Position numbers and translations under genes: made by a program. This document shows, piece after piece, positions 63,687 through 64,000 of a stretch of DNA of 64,000 bases. The notes under the pieces are model-generated. The model was not told where the DNA came from. It saw only the letters and a program-made list of their open reading frames with translations, and did no database searches. Origin of the DNA: Dehalococcoidia bacterium (lineage in GTDB: Bacteria > Chloroflexota > Dehalococcoidia > UBA2979); NCBI GenBank assembly GCA_965247895.1, contig OZ252046.1, forward strand, positions 1,975,155 to 2,039,154, given 5' to 3'. Positions within the stretch are counted from its first letter, which is position 1, and each line of letters starts with the position of its first letter.

Positions 63687-64000
63687 GTGATCGCTATCCG
63701 ATGGAGGAGCCAGCTCCCGCTGGTCATGCTCGCCCTCGCGGCGACGATGCTGATCGTGGCCTGCGGCGACGACGACGGCCCGGCGACGACGGCGGCCGGC
63801 GGCGAGAAGCTGTCGGGCAGCGTGGCGATCGACGGCTCCAGCACCGTCTTCCCGGTGACCGAGGCGGTCGCCGAGGAGTTCCGCTCCGTCGCGCCCGACG
63901 TGCGCGTCACCGTCGGCGTCTCCGGCACCGGCGGCGGCTTCGAGAAGTTCTGCAACGGCGAGACCGACATCTCCGCTGCCTCACGCCCCATCAAGCAGCA
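63687..64000 (+). CDS. pstS: phosphate ABC transporter substrate-binding protein PstS-like; 3' end outside the window
   Basis: Lipoprotein signal ([16 protein letters not shown]); [16 protein letters not shown]...[27 protein letters not shown] matches the PstS/PBP-like signature. Confidence 0.6.
   Translation, partial: MIAIRWRSQLPLVMLALAATMLIVACGDDDGPATTAAGGEKLSGSVAIDGSSTVFPVTEAVAEEFRSVAPDVRVTVGVSGTGGGFEKFCNGETDISAASRPIKQ

Overview
High-GC (~70%) bacterial chromosome segment, probably from an Actinomycetota- or Chloroflexota-like organism, annotated by eye without database searches. The core is lipid/steroid-type catabolism: three family-III CoA-transferases (two of them unusual double-domain paralogs in inverted orientation), paired MaoC hotdog hydratases, a DUF35 protein, an alpha/beta acyl-CoA dehydrogenase pair, four or five crotonases, six LLM/F420-type oxidoreductases and two SDRs. 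Housekeeping genes include a peptide-type ABC importer (substrate-binding protein plus two permeases), a soluble transhydrogenase-like flavoprotein, crcB, a YqgE/AlgH homologue, an MFS transporter, and an aldo/keto reductase-HemQ-ABM(x3)-NirDL-like operon. Between these sit several small accessory islets and rearrangement scars. (1) At the left edge, a conjugative-element fragment (TraD-like ATPase plus replication-relaxation gene) ends at ~2340, where it truncates a serine hydrolase gene. (2) A stand-alone KAP-family P-loop NTPase sits in a low-GC patch. (3) A Uma2 nuclease gene is present. (4) A 3.7-kb islet between convergent catabolic operons carries a RES-Xre (MbcT/MbcA-like) toxin-antitoxin pair and an unusual gene whose N-terminus looks like a PD-(D/E)xK nuclease and whose C-terminus looks like an MGMT/ATL alkylguanine-binding domain. 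(5) Two adjacent IS110-family insertion sequences occur at one locus, and decayed copies (a truncated IS, an IS5-like fragment and a MITE-like internal-deletion derivative) at a second. (6) A VapBC module has a tandemly duplicated DUF104-type antitoxin gene. (7) A two-gene cassette (minimal nucleotidyltransferase plus XRE-HTH) lies between a 222-bp direct duplication of the crcB 3' end. (8) A 1005-aa LuxR-HTH / single-TM / ~22x RCC1-like-repeat membrane protein is encoded next to that cassette. One tRNA-Arg gene was found; no CRISPR or rRNA. The most novel-looking candidates are the nuclease-ATL fusion next to the RES-Xre pair, the KAP NTPase, and the NTase/XRE cassette embedded in the crcB duplication.
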